Below are positions 13,857 to 28,127 of a DNA stretch of 64,000 bases, piece by piece. The DNA is from Octopus vulgaris (Eukaryota), in the NCBI GenBank assembly GCA_951406725.2, contig OX597822.1:83824001-83888000 (forward strand), in the 5' to 3' direction. Position 1 is the first letter of the stretch, and every line of letters starts with the position of its first letter. Below the pieces are notes generated by a model. That model saw only the letters and a list, made by a program, of their open reading frames with translations, had not been told where the DNA came from and made no database searches. Made by a program: the position numbers and the translations under genes.

Positions 13857-14134
13857 TTCTAACTGGGCCCCCATCTGCAAGGCCAGGCGCTGTTTATCTT
13901 GATATGAGATCATCATGTCGCGCACTTATAGTTGTGGTGCATGTGCCTAGTGTATCTTTACCAGACGGTTAGTCATGATGGGTATACTCAGGTTCGTATA
14001 TTTTACCCCAGTGTCATTTTGATCGCATGCGCTGCTCTCTCAATCAATTATAATAACAATTAAAAGGAATGAGTTCAAACGATGTGCTTGCACAAAATTC
14101 AAATGGATCACCCAACTCCTGCGAACTTAAATGT

Positions 14135-14306
14135 TTGTGGTAAGTAGCTTGCTTACCAACCACATGGTTTCGAGTACAGTCCCACTGCGTGACACCTGGA
14201 GAGAGTGTCTTCTACTATCGCCTCGGGCCGACCAAAGCCTTGTGAGTGGATTTGACAGACGGAAACTGAAAGAAGCTCTTCGTATATACATTATATATGT
14301 CTGTTT

Positions 14307-14338
<32 letters not shown>

Positions 14339-14572
14339 TCGTGTGTGTGTGTGTGTGTATGTGTGTGTGTGTGTGTTTGTGTGTCTTTCCACCGCCACCA
14401 TCGCTTGATAACCTATGTTAGTGTATTTACGTCCCCGTATTTTAGCGGTTCGAAAAAAAGACCGACAGAATAAGTACTAAGCTTACAAAGAATAAGTCCT
14501 GGGTTCGATTTATTCGATTAAAGGCGGTGCTCCAGCATGGCCGCAGTCAAATGACTGAAACTAATAAAAGAA
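14135..14572 (+). mobile_element. SINE family B
   Basis: Head GTGGTAAGTAGCTTGCTTACCAACCAC, internal (TG)n, tail GGCGGTGCTCCAGCATGGCCGCAGTCAAATGACTGAAAC. Confidence 0.9.
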
Positions 14573-14937
14573 AACAATTGTGAAAGCTATAATGCTCAAT
14601 CTAATAGAAGTTAATGCGGTTGGTGTGCTGGTTGACCGAACAGTTGGAAATAGGACCCGGATGTAAAAGATAATCTGATGATAACTAACGATGAAAACTA
14701 CAGGGATAACCTATCACAATCCGAAACAAGCTAATCCAGACTATATGTTAACCTTTCTTGCCCCACTCAACACAAAAGAAAAATGTGTCTCGATAATGTT
14801 TTGGCCCTACATTCCGTTAGGCGTGGCTTTGTGATGAGACGTTTGCTTGCCAAACACATGGTTCCGGGCTCAGTCTTACTGTTTAGCTTTTTCGGCAAAT
14901 ATCTTCTAGTATAGCCTCGTCGTATAGCATATACATT

Positions 14938-14975
<38 letters not shown>

Positions 14976-16039
14976 TAAATCGCTGCGTTGGGAAATCCCC
15001 GGATGAAATTTTCTACACATTTCTGATATCATGCTGTCATTTTGGGGCATGACTTTCATTTATATTTAGTTCTCCGAAACTGCGATTAACAAGTCACGTG
15101 CAGTGACAACGGCTGACTAAAACATGTGGTGTGCATGTAGGGGTCACTCTTAAACCCATGTAACTTTGAATCGGTTGTAATAATGGAAACAACTAGTTTT
15201 ATCGGTTAACGAACGATGGCTTTCAACTAGATAATGTGTCTCGTAACCTATAGTTCACAGCTGCTGTAGCGAATGTGATGTATGTGTTGGCTCACTGGTG
15301 AACAGACAGAAAGATAAACATAAAAATTAATTGAACAAATTAAATTATATCGTTTAATCATGTGATTAACTTGTATTTTGCTTAAATATTCGATAATTCA
15401 TAGAAATGGAAAATATAAAATTTTGATAGATGTTTTTCTATTTGCAGTCATTATATCTTGCTTTCCCTTCTAATCTCGAACATTAAGATATAGCGTCCAT
15501 TTGAAATTATTATAATTATAACACATCACTGGTGACAAGGATAATTTATACTTATGATGCTTTTAGCTGTTCTGTGAATCAATCATTAATATTACCTCCG
15601 CTGCAGCCTCTCCATTTCATTGACTCTCAACTATTTATGAGTCTGTATCTAATTTCTAGTCTGTGTTTCTTTAGCTACAATGTAATAAATGTTCTTAATT
15701 AAACATCCATGTCTTCTCGGGTGCTTTGGCACGTGCATTGTTATGATTCCAATCAATTCGACCAGTAAATCTCCGTTCTGTAGCGGTGTTTCTAGTTGCG
15801 TACTATCATCATTTACTGTAGACAATCTGAGTTCAACTAGATATTATTTATTATCTTCTCATGGCACCTCCATCGAATTCTGAGCTTGTTTAGCATGAGA
15901 GTATTAATACAAGACAGAAAAGGTTTGGAGACAGAGAGATTAAAAAGTGGCAACAGTGCACATTGTTTCCTTATAGGTCGGTTTATTCTGTTTCTGTAAT
16001 GTTATAGTAATCAAGATGGCAACAATCCCCATGAACAGA

Positions 16040-16258
16040 GCACCAGTCCATTGTAGGGTTGAAAACCCGAAATTTTGAGAGAGGAAGACAAGACTATTAC
16101 ACCGATCCAAGTGCTTGAGTAGAACTTTATTTCTTCGATCCGAAAGAGATGAAACACAAAATTAACCTGAGCAGGATTTTTAATTATAAAGTAATGAACC
16201 AAGAGAAATGCCGCTAAACATCTTGTCTGACGTGTTAATGATTCTTCCAGTTCACTGC
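16040..16258 (-). mobile_element. SINE family A (old, diverged)
   Basis: Degenerate reverse complement of the family A core and head. Confidence 0.55.
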
Positions 16259-16914
16259 CAGTATTGAATACAATGCGACATTAAAACCTGGTGATATTGA
16301 CGCTCGTATCTGTTTTCATCAAAGTTGCATGTTATCGTTGAGTTTTTCCTCGAATATTATATGTTTGTGTAAGTGTGCGTGAGAGAAAGTGTGTGTATAT
16401 GTGTGTGTGTGTGTCAGTATGTATGTGCAAGAGCGTTTGTCAGCATATGGACGTATGTGTGTGTCTGTGTATCATTATATTTACAAAATAGTTTGAAATA
16501 TATTGCAACATAAAACGTAAGTTCGCAAGGTAAATTTGCTTTCAACTCGATATTAAATTAATATGTTGAAACCGAAGATTAATTATACTTATGTCTGTAT
16601 AGGTTATTAAAGGGAGCAAAACTCCCCAAACACACGAAAGATTTTTATCCAATTAAGCAAACAATTACAGTTCACAAGGACAGCTGTATACACAATTTAT
16701 TATGTTTTGTAGATTTTTGATAGAAACCGAATAAAATTCAATGTTTCGTTAGAATGATGTTTTCATTTTAATACCTTCGAGAAATTTCTTTTGAAATTAG
16801 AATTACTGCCACAGAAATGATAGTAAGACATGTTTCTACACACGTCCAAAGGCATGCGCTCTCGAAGTGAGATGAACATCCACAGTCACATATAGAAAAT
16901 TTCAGGCACAAATA

Positions 16915-16982
<68 letters not shown>

Positions 16983-16984
16983 AT

Positions 16985-17194
16985 AAGAAGATGGGGGAAA
17001 ATACCAATAAGAAGTGTATCTTTTGTGCTAGGAAGCCATTATTTAATAAGTTAAGAAAGGTGAGAGTAAGAGGGAGCTTACGATCGTTTCTGTGTACCAC
17101 TCACTCTTACTTTCACTTTTCTTTACTAATTAAATAATGGCTTCCTAGCGCAAAAGACATTCTTCTCATTGTTATTTTTCCTCCATTTTCTTTT
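16985..17194. repeat. Imperfect fold-back, probable PLE pLTR remnant
   Basis: CTAGGAAGCCATTATTTAAT (17029-) pairs with ATTAAATAATGGCTTCCTAG (17129-); loop holds the HHR 3' half GAAA-CGAUCG-UA on the minus strand. Confidence 0.7.
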
Positions 17195-17529
17195 CGTCTA
17201 TATAAATTAAACTACGGTTTACCCGTTAAATAATTACCTGCTGCCGTATACCTTATACCAAGGATTATACGTACTGGGGTAATTACCAGGAGTGCCTTTG
17301 CATACATTTATCCCTTAGAGGGTTTAAACACCTCTAACTTTCGGATACCGAGGTGGAAATCCACGCCGCCATCTCTTCTATTATCCGGCCATCGGCATCC
17401 GAAACTCGGAATTTTATCATGGCTACCGAATAATTGTCACATATTATATTTACAGATACATTCCTCTACATAATATCGAGGTCTTTTTCTTTCTTTTGTT
17501 GTCTTACCTTTTTTAATCATATATATACC

Positions 17530-17570
<41 letters not shown>

Positions 17571-18641
17571 CGGAAGTAATTATACACTCCGATAATCGTT
17601 AAAATTTATTTAAATCTGAAAGTACGCATTCAAATTATTTATTAATTATTATAATCTAAATAGACATGCCCTTTGCTTGACCAAAGCTTTTAAATGCCTT
17701 TCTCTGCCAACCAATCTTGTGTCTTTTTAGCCATGTGGCAAGAAGACCCTAGTGAGATGTTTAAAAAGTGATTGAATGGCACTGCTAACACACGTAGTAT
17801 ACAGTATTAAACACAGTATTGACACATGATCCTTTAATATAATTGGTAGTATATCATTCTTGCATGATAAAATACAGTGTCCCTGTCAGAAATTAATGAA
17901 GATATCAATCTCCTAGAGTGACCTTCATCTTGGCACTCTTATAGTGATGGTTCTAACACCAATGAATGTCTAGGAAGAATGGGTAACGAAAAAGCCAGTT
18001 CCTTCGTTGATCATTATTTGAAACCTATATTTATTAATTTCTCTATTCAAGTTTTTCTATGTCTGGTGAGCAAAACGTAATGTTTCTGTTGGGTTCCAGT
18101 TCTCCATATTTCAAATGAATTTCATTTATCTTTTTAGTGTTTTATATTCACAAATATTAAATCTAATACATAAAAAAATATTTGTTCTATATATATATTT
18201 TTCTAAGCTGCTACTTCTGAATATTACGCAAAATCTGTCGAGTTTGTTGATATAAAAATCAGAGCACTACGCATACCAGAATTAAAATTTAGAGAACATT
18301 TTCAGAAAAAAAGAAAAAAAGACAAGCTTTTAAAAATCATTTCTCTTTTTTTTTTTTTTGCATTTGAAGCTGTTTGAATTTATGATGTGCATAAGATTGG
18401 TCGCCTACATATTTACGAAAGTAATATGCCTGAGATTTATCTTTTAGTTCGGCAGTGACGAGCTTGGTCTTTGATCCGATATCTCTAGAGCACACATCTT
18501 CAACACTCACCAGTCGAAAGTAAAGTATATTGATAAATACAGACAGTAAAAATTGTTACAAGCAAATTGTAGGAACCTTATTGGCTGAGAAAATGGCATT
18601 ATAAATCAAAGATGCCTAACCAGACAACCAAATGTGCACTT

Positions 18642-18793
18642 AGGTGTGGGCGTAACTTGATGGTAAGAAGTCTGCTCCCTGCTTCATAGTTGCGGGTTCA
18701 GTTCCGATGCGTGGCACCTTGACTTCTACTATAGTCTCGGGCCGATCAAATCCTTGTAAGTAGATTTGGTAGACGGAAACTCAGAAAAGGCCG

Positions 18794-18881
<88 letters not shown>

Positions 18882-19072
18882 CTCACATCGCTTGACAACC
18901 GGTGTTGGTGTGTATGCGTCTCCGTAACTTAGCTGTTCAGCAAAAGAGACGGATAGAATAAGCACCAGGCTTAAAAATTAATATTAGGGTCGTTTCGTTC
19001 AACAAAATATTCTTCAAAGCAGTGCCCCAATATGGCCGCAATCAAATGAGCGAAATATATAAAAGATGAAAG
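18642..19072 (+). mobile_element. SINE family B (diverged)
   Basis: Head, internal (TG)n and tail recognisable. Confidence 0.82.
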
Positions 19073-19712
19073 ATACAGTAAAAATAGTAACAAGCTAAGT
19101 GTAGAAACGTTACTGGCGGTGATAGAGGCCGCGTTAGAGATGAAAGATGTTTAACATGATTACCAAATGTGCATTAATGGTTAATTGAATAATGCATTTC
19201 TAAAGAAATGTCTGGAAGCAGCTAGAGTATATTCTATCACGATTATGCATATTCTACAAATGTTATTGATTAATTAATAAGTATCAAAATTCTCAAAGAA
19301 CATTAACAAAGTAGTTAGCATTCAAGAGTATTTTATCAGGTAATCAATGGACCGAGTACATTATATTTGCCGGCCTTTACAGACACAAACCACGAGGTAC
19401 AGTCGAAATATTTAGTTATGAGTGTGTATTACTGTGACAAACTTTTTACAGGTTAGGAGTAATACATTAAGAAGCACTCTTTCTGTGTTTTTGCTTTTTT
19501 CTTCAAACTCTAGTAAGTGCCCTTCTTCCATCATCCATGCACCTGAGACACAAATCTGAGAACAGCAGTGACTAGTCCCAATCAATTACGTTGGTTTATT
19601 ACCTAGTAAGGACGTTTTTTTTTTCTTTCCTTGCAGCTTTTGTCCTTCTCCAGCACTCATTGACAGATAGACAGAGAGACAGATAGATAGACAGACACAA
19701 AGATAGACAGAC

Positions 19713-19788
<76 letters not shown>

Positions 19789-19988
19789 TTCTTAATTACC
19801 CACAAGGGGCTAAACATAGAGGGGACAAACTAAGACAGACATAGGGATTAAGTCGATTACATCGATCCCAGTGCGTAACTGGTACTTAATTTATCGACCA
19901 CGAAAGGATGAAAGGCATAGTCGACCTCGGCGGAATTTGAACTCAGAACGTAACGGCAGACGAAATACGGCTACGCATTTCGCCCAGC
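19789..19988 (-). mobile_element. SINE family A, head-truncated, within (GATA)n
   Basis: Reverse complement of core and tail. Confidence 0.85.
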
Positions 19989-19991
19989 GGG

Positions 19992-20400
<409 letters not shown>

Positions 20401-21160
20401 ACTAATACATTCAGACACACTGTATCTAAGAATGATTCGAGACATTAATTGTTGTTTTATTATTATTTTCACAGCAATTCATCTGTATATGTTCTAAGAT
20501 TGTCATTGATGCTGTTGCGGGCTTCTCTTTCTAGATTTACATGAATTAGAATACAACAAATCACACGGAGAAAAACAAAATCAAGATATCACTTGGAAAA
20601 CGGGAACAAAAACGTGCGAGTAAAACGTGGCAATTCTAAGATCATGTCTGCCATTGAATAAACTCGTTGACAACAGGAAGAATATTAATGAATAGTTGTT
20701 GAATCATCGTCTCCCACGCAACGAATAGCAAAATCTCATTCAAAACATAGATTCTATAGAATCACGTTTATGTCTTTGCCATTTACGGAAGTATTTGGAT
20801 TCTGACAGAGAGACACGTGCACGTTATACGTCACATAAAAGCAGCTGCTCTAGTAATAGAGTACTGCTAGTAATATATGAATAAGAAATACTATGGATGC
20901 TCACAAATCCGTAAAAATGTGCATCAGTAAGGAATATGTGCATACATACATGCAAGCATACATACATACATACATACATACATACATACATACATACATA
21001 CATACATACATACATACATACATACACAAACACACACACACACATATATATATATGCCTCTGATCATAAAACATATACACAGATATATGTATGTCTATAT
21101 GCTAGAAATGGAAATATATGCATTTATATCTATATCTTTATCTATCTATTTATCTATCTA

Positions 21161-21193
<33 letters not shown>

Positions 21194-21401
21194 TTCTATC
21201 TATCTGTCTGTATGTCTGTCTATCTTTCTGTCTGTCTGTCTGTCTGTATGAATGTATGTATGCATATATGCTTGAAATGGAGCTGAATTCAGATTCATAT
21301 AGATAGCAAGGAAATTTGCAACGACAATGTCACATCGACGCGTGCACATCCACGCCTGCAAATACCATACGCATTTATATCCATATATATATAGATAAAT
21401 T

Positions 21402-21449
<48 letters not shown>

Positions 21450-21512
21450 CATACATACATACATACATACTTACATACATATATATATCATATATGTTAT
21501 ATATATTCTAAT

Positions 21513-21990
21513 ATTCTTTTATTTGTTTCAGTAATTTGACTGCGGCCATGCTGGAGCACCACCTTTAGTCGATCAAATCTACCTCAGGACTTATTCTTTG
21601 CAAGCCTAGTACTTATTCTATCGGTCGCATTTTCTGAATTTCTTTTAGGCGTAAACACACCAACATCGGTTGCCAAGCGATGGGGGGGGGGGGGGGCAAA
21701 CACAGACACACAAACATATACATATATATAAATAAATAAATATATATATATTTTTTTGTATGTATGTATGTATTTATATATGTATGTATCTATGTATGTG
21801 TGTATGTATGTATGTATGTATGCATATATACGACGGACTTCTTTCAGTTTCCGTCTACCAAATCCACTCACAAGGATTTGGTCGGCCCGAGGCTATAGTA
21901 GAAGACATTTGCCCAAGATGCTACGCAGTGGGACTGAGACCGGAACCATGTGGTTGGTAAGCAAGCTTCTTACCACACAGCCTCTCTGCA
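21513..21990 (-). mobile_element. SINE family B
   Basis: Reverse complement of head, internal microsatellite and tail. Confidence 0.88.
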
Positions 21991-22019
21991 CCTTGTATGT
22001 TTGTATATATATAAATCTT

Positions 22020-22815
22020 CCAGCCTGCACCAGGAAATTCATATGTGGAACCAGCTATTTTGGTTGAAGGGACAATACTGAAAGTGGTAGACAATTTTGC
22101 CTACCTGTGCTGCACATTCAGTCGTTCTTGCTCCCTGGGTGATGAAAAATCTTTCGGGCTGCAGAGAGTAACTGATTCCTTCCGGTCTTTTGAGTTTCGT
22201 GTCTGATCCCAACATGGTATCACAAGGAGAGCAAAAACTACTGTGTACTGTGCCTGTGTACTGAATTTGCTCATGTGAGACATGGACTCTTTACAAATAT
22301 CATATAAAGGGCCTTGATGCTTCCATCAGAGATATCTAAGACACATTCTTACTGTTGGCTGGACTCCAGACACACAGGTCCTGAGGAAAGCCGATATCCT
22401 GAGTATTGAGGCGATGATGCAAAAACACCGGTTACGTTGGACTGGACACCTTGTTAGAGGGAATGATAGCAGGATCCCTAAACAGATGCTACATGGGAAA
22501 CTTGTTAGTGGAAAGTGCCCCCGGCAGAAGCCAAAACTGCGATTTAAGGACTGTGTAAAATCCCCATTAAAGGTCTGTGAGATGCGGGAAGTTGACTGGG
22601 AGAGCAATGCTTGTCATCGCCACGGATGGAGGAAACAGGTAAAGAAGGGAGTCGATACCTTTGAAAGAGCACATATTCTTCATGAAGAATTTAAGCGTGC
22701 TGCTTGAAAACACACGGCTAGTGTAACGAATGGTGAAATAAGATAGGCTTGAGTGCAGAATGTTCCTAAAGGTCAGAAATGATTTTCCTCGGTCACGAGT
22801 GGACGGCATCATATG
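22020..22815 (+). mobile_element. RTE-clade LINE 3' fragment (decayed)
   Basis: VVDNFAYL..., ETWTLY, RLRWTGHLVRGNDSRIPKQMLHGKL...PKLRFKDCVK...W...A..R..WR, typical of the RTE C-terminus. Confidence 0.88.
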
Positions 22816-23301
22816 TAAACAAAAATATATACGTATACGTATATATGAGCATGTATATGTATATGTAAAGCTTTGGAACGGAAACACGTGTCCACATTTC
22901 ACTTCTCAGCTCTCATGCGACATTGGTTTCATTTACAACAATGCTTCTGTTTGCTTTTCTACTCAGAGAGAAAAACATTTTGCGATTTCATTCATCTTAT
23001 ATGATACTCCATCCATTTGATAACCAACTATTCATTTTTATTAGTCATATTATTCATGTTTCTTTCCACAACTTACTTCCAATTAAAAAGTGTATGTTTG
23101 TACGAATATATATATATGTGTGTGTGTTAATGTGTGTGTAGTTAAGTATATAAGTATATATGTATACATACATATATACATATATACATATTTGTGTGTA
23201 TATATATATATATGTGTGAATGTAATGACAAGGTTTCACCAGGTCACAGCTGTGAGGCTTCCTAAGTTTATTGCATATTGTGTGTGAGTGCGTGCGTGTG
23301 A

Positions 23302-23378
<77 letters not shown>

Positions 23379-23753
23379 TATGTGTGAATATATACATACA
23401 TACATGTGACACTCAAACAACGACGCAATTTCATAACAAAACTTATTCGAGTGACCTTTCTTGCCGGAAATCCAAGACATTTTCATTTCCGTTTGCAATA
23501 AAATGAAAAACGTGAACTTGAAACAGTTGTTGTCCACTTTTTGCTTGTGGAATTTGTTTTCTTTCAAAGAATGAAATGGTAAGTTACATCATAAATTTTA
23601 TTAAATATTTCAGAAAATCTACAAACATCAGTGTTTAATGAAAACCAGTCAAGTATTCAGTTTTGTAATATCTATCTATATCTTTCTCTCTCTCTCTCTC
23701 TCTCTTCCTCTCTCTCTCTCTCTCTCTCTTCCTCTCTCTCTCTCTCTCTCTTC

Positions 23754-23799
<46 letters not shown>

Positions 23800-23800
<1 letters not shown>

Positions 23801-23955
23801 GGGAAAGTTTACGAAAAAAACAAAAGACGAAGACAGGTGGTGTACAAAACAAACAGGTGTATTAGTATAACGCTCAGGAATAGAAAAAGTCTTTTACGTT
23901 TCGAGCCTACGCTCTTCTACAGAAAGGTACACAGAAAAAGCAAGGAGAAAAAATA

Positions 23956-23957
<2 letters not shown>
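23800..23957 (-). mobile_element. PLE-type pLTR remnant with minimal HHR-like motif (23891-23926)
   Basis: Reverse complement CUUU-CUGUAGA-A-GAGCguagGCUC-GAAA-CG-UA-AAAG; homologous to 44980-45135 (+) and ~3727-3780; flanked by (TA)n. Confidence 0.6.
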
Positions 23958-24003
<46 letters not shown>

Positions 24004-24083
24004 AAGTAGACAAAACAGAAGTAAATAGACTAGCTATGAAGCATTGTTTTATGCTTATTTTAACTTGAAAATCTTAATATTTT

Positions 24084-24341
24084 TTGTTAAAGGACAAATT
24101 TCAAAGAGGACGTATGATGGGTCAATCTGGTGGTGGACCTTCAGAAATCATAGAAAACCTAGGTATCTCGCTTTCTACAGTTAATAGGGAGATTGTGCAA
24201 TTGACCAGAGAGTCCACATTACCTCGCCCAGGTGAATCAGGGCCCTCTGACAAGGCCCTTTGCTTTGTTAAATAAAATGTGGAGGATAATCCTCATTGCA
24301 AAGCCTCTGACACAGCAGAACATTTTGATGTCAGTCCCAGG
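24084..24341 (+). pseudogene. Tc1-type transposase N-terminal HTH remnant
   Basis: [11 protein letters not shown]...[15 protein letters not shown]...PRPG...VEDNP...ASD...VSPR. Confidence 0.6.
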
Positions 24342-24412
<71 letters not shown>

Positions 24413-24431
24413 AGCGTGGCTATAGGTGAAG

Positions 24432-24567
24432 ACGTGGCTGTGAGATTAAAAGTTTGCTTCCAAATAACATGGCTCCCGGTTGTATCCCACTACGTGGCAC
24501 TCTGAGCAAGTGTCTTCTATGATAGCCTTGGGCTGACGGAAGCCATGAGAGTGGATTTGGTCACTAC

Positions 24568-24664
<97 letters not shown>

Positions 24665-24929
24665 CGCGTGTGTGTGTGTGTGCGCGCGCGCGTGTGTGTG
24701 TGTGTGTATGTGTATGACTTTTGTGATTGTTTGTCCCAACACCGCTTGGCAACTGACGTTGGTGTGTTTACCTCTTCACAACTTAGCAGTTCGGCAAAAC
24801 ATGCCGACAAAAGAAGTACCGAGGACAGGAAAATAAAGTACTGGGATAGATCCGTCCGACTAAAATCCTTCTAATCGATGCCCCAGGATGGCCGCAGTCT
24901 AATGAGTTTAACGTGTAATAGACAAAAGA
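24432..24929 (+). mobile_element. SINE family B (diverged)
   Basis: Head, internal (TG)n/(CG)n and tail. Confidence 0.8.
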
Positions 24930-25279
24930 TACATACAAATCTGTAGATGGACATTTTGTTCACAACCTCCTCCGCTTTACTCTCGACCTCCTTTCTTTTA
25001 ATGTCTTCTCTCTTTTTCTTCTTTCTTTCTTTCTTTCTCTTCGTCTCGATCTGTTTTTTCTTTTATAAACCAAAACTACATTTTTACTCCGTATTACCAT
25101 ATATGGTAGCCACATTAATTCCGTACGTTTCCATTTGCTATCTTCATCTGTATATCAGCCTGCTTTTACATTGTCTGCCTCCCACTTTTTCTCTGCTTCC
25201 ATCACTTTCGCTTTCTCTCTGTATCTCAGTATATACATGTGTGAGTGTGTATACATGTATGTATGTATGTTGTTCGTCC

Positions 25280-25314
<35 letters not shown>

Positions 25315-25315
<1 letters not shown>

Positions 25316-25553
25316 AGGCAGCGAGCTGTCAGAATCGTTAACACGCCGAACAAAATGCTTAGCGGCAGTTAGTTGATCTACACCTTCTGAGTTCAAATTC
25401 CACCGAGGTCGACTTTGCCTTTCATCCTTTCAGGGACGATAAAGTAAGTACTAGTAACGCACTGGGGTCGATGTAATCGACTAGTCCCCTCACTCCCAAA
25501 CCCAGGCTTTGTGCCCATAGTAGAAAGGATTATTATTATTATTATTATTATTA

Positions 25554-25589
<36 letters not shown>

Positions 25590-25742
25590 AGGCGGCTGAA
25601 TCGTTAGCACGCTGGGCAAAATTATAGCTGCAATCCGTCTTTAATTTCTAAGTTCAAATTCTGCCGAGGTCAACTTCGCTTTTCATCTTTTCGGGGTCGA
25701 CGAAATAAGTAAGTACCAGTCTCGTGCTAGGATTAATCGACA
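25315..25742 (+). mobile_element. Two adjacent SINE family A copies, each preceded by (TTG)n
   Basis: Heads at 25315 and ~25588, both followed by the family A core. Confidence 0.82.
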
Positions 25743-26579
25743 ACAAATTAAATGAAGCTGTTCAATAAGGGAACAGCTGACTAGGACCATCCTATGAACT
25801 TCGCATGTCTAGGATTTCTCATGAATAACAACGCTAAACCCCTTTGCCATCTGTGTTTTCCAGATGACAACTACAGGTTGAGGTTATACCTTTGTGCGCA
25901 ACGTATTCTCCTCACTCTCAGCTCCTTTCGGCAGATTTAGTACAAGAATGCCATCCAGTCCAACCTCAATTTCTTCAACTATTTGATGTGGGACTGACCA
26001 CTGATTAAAGCGTCTGTCTTCAACCTGTTTAATGTGGTGCACCACACAGTCATTGCATGCTCACAAATAGCCCCGTAGAGAAGGCACTGATTAGAATACC
26101 ATCGGCGATGTTGTACGACTAATAGAGATGTGAGGATTTTTTCAAACATGTTTGATGCTAGAAGCTCAGTACGATCTAGAACAGCATCCTCGTGAAAAGG
26201 ACGATCTGCAGAAAAAAAAATTGGTCGCAGTGTAACCAAACTTACTCATCACACAATCACTCCAGCAGTTGTCGTAGTTTCTGCGCATGTCACGCATAAT
26301 CAGAGAGGTTCATCGGATGACAGCGAACATAAATTCTGAATAGTCGAATGCGTTCTGTCCTTCAAAAGCGTAATAGCAGAAGTTCCAATCTGATCGACAA
26401 ATGACTGAGGTAAAGATTGAAGGTTCTGCTATTTGTTTTATTGGAGGTTATTTAAGCCTCCTGATGTGTATGTTTACTTCGATTTTGAGATCTGCTGACA
26501 AAGGTAACACATCTTTCTATATATTAACATATCCATCAACATAATTACGTACAGAGAAATTTGAAACTTGCACACACAC

Positions 26580-26654
<75 letters not shown>

Positions 26655-26665
26655 TAGATAGATAA

Positions 26666-26721
<56 letters not shown>

Positions 26722-27547
26722 ACATATGTATATATATACATACATACATACATACGTTCATACATACATATATACATACATACATACAAACATACATACA
26801 TACATACAAACATACATGCATACATACATACATATATACATACATACATACATACAGCATCTTATATACAGTGAGGTACAGACGCACATATATGCTACAT
26901 TATTTTGCCTAGTATCGATTTGTTCAGGAGAGGAATTAGGTGTTGAGGGAGATGATGAAGTGTCTGTCATTGGCACTGCCTTGTTCAGTATTCCTCACTT
27001 AGTAATATTGCTGTCGATCTAATTTGGGAAGAGATAAACACATTGAAGTAACAATGCATAAGTACTGTTATAGTCAGTGCTAGCAGGATAAAATTGATGA
27101 ATGTTTCGTGAGCTTACATTGTTAAGTGATATATTCGCCTGTGGTTATATTCCGTCAAGTTCAAATGACCTGAAGTGGACCACAAACAGAGATAAAGCAT
27201 TTTACTCTCACCGAGTAAATACGGATAACAATTGACGAATTCACTCAACAACTATTCTGAAACTGCGGGAGAGTTTTCTTCTCAACATCTGATTAACTGA
27301 AGTAATTTTGATTTTATTTTGATAATTCTTTTACGGCTTTGCTTTGACACGAAGTGGTGTCAAATCAGAGACTTTTTCGCAGGTTATTGCAGCATCATGG
27401 TACCAGCGGCAACACGTTGACCGGCAACACAAACTATAAAGTTCTGAAAAATGAATTTTTCAAATTTGATAATTTCACTTCGAAGTATTCTTAGCTAAGA
27501 GACAGACATATACATAGGCATGTACTCTCACAAGCACGCACACATAG

Positions 27548-27587
<40 letters not shown>

Positions 27588-27657
27588 ACATACATACACA
27601 CACACATACACACGCACACATACATACATACACAAACATGCACAAATACATATACAT

Positions 27658-28000
27658 ATTTTTGTATTCTTTTATATGTTTCGGCCTTGAGGTTGCAGCC
27701 ATGCTGGGGCACCGCCAGTGTAATCACCTTTTAATTGGCAAATTCTATGAGACTGGCTTTTCGTGAAGGGAGTTCGATACCGCTGCCTTCTTTTGAGTTC
27801 CCGGCCTTGATATTGGTTTGTCTGGGATCTTGAATAACAAGTGGTCAAGTTGTTTCTTGAAAACATCTACTCCCACTCCATGGAGATCCCTCAGATGTTT
27901 TGGCAAGGAGTTAAATAGTTGTGAGCCCTTAAATCCCGAGGTATTGCAGTACATGTTCCTCGCCTTAGATGAGACATCTGGGACTTTTGGAATAGTGCAG
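27658..28000 (-). mobile_element. CR1/L2-group LINE 3' end (ORF2 C-terminus and 3' UTR)
   Basis: GFKGSQLFNSLPKHLRDLHGVGVDVFKKQLDHLLFKIPDKP...SNSL, then tail GGCGGTGCCCCAGCATGGCTGCAACC...GAAACATATAAAAGAATA. Confidence 0.85.
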
Positions 28001-28058
28001 TGACACACACACACACATACACACACATATATACACACACACATACACACACATATAT

Positions 28059-28127
<69 letters not shown>

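Noticed and set aside
15689-15900. Short ORFs in unique sequence
   Set aside because: No recognisable domain or convincing splice sites
25750-26460. Possible decayed Tc1-like coding sequence on the minus strand
   Set aside because: No diagnostic motif could be read
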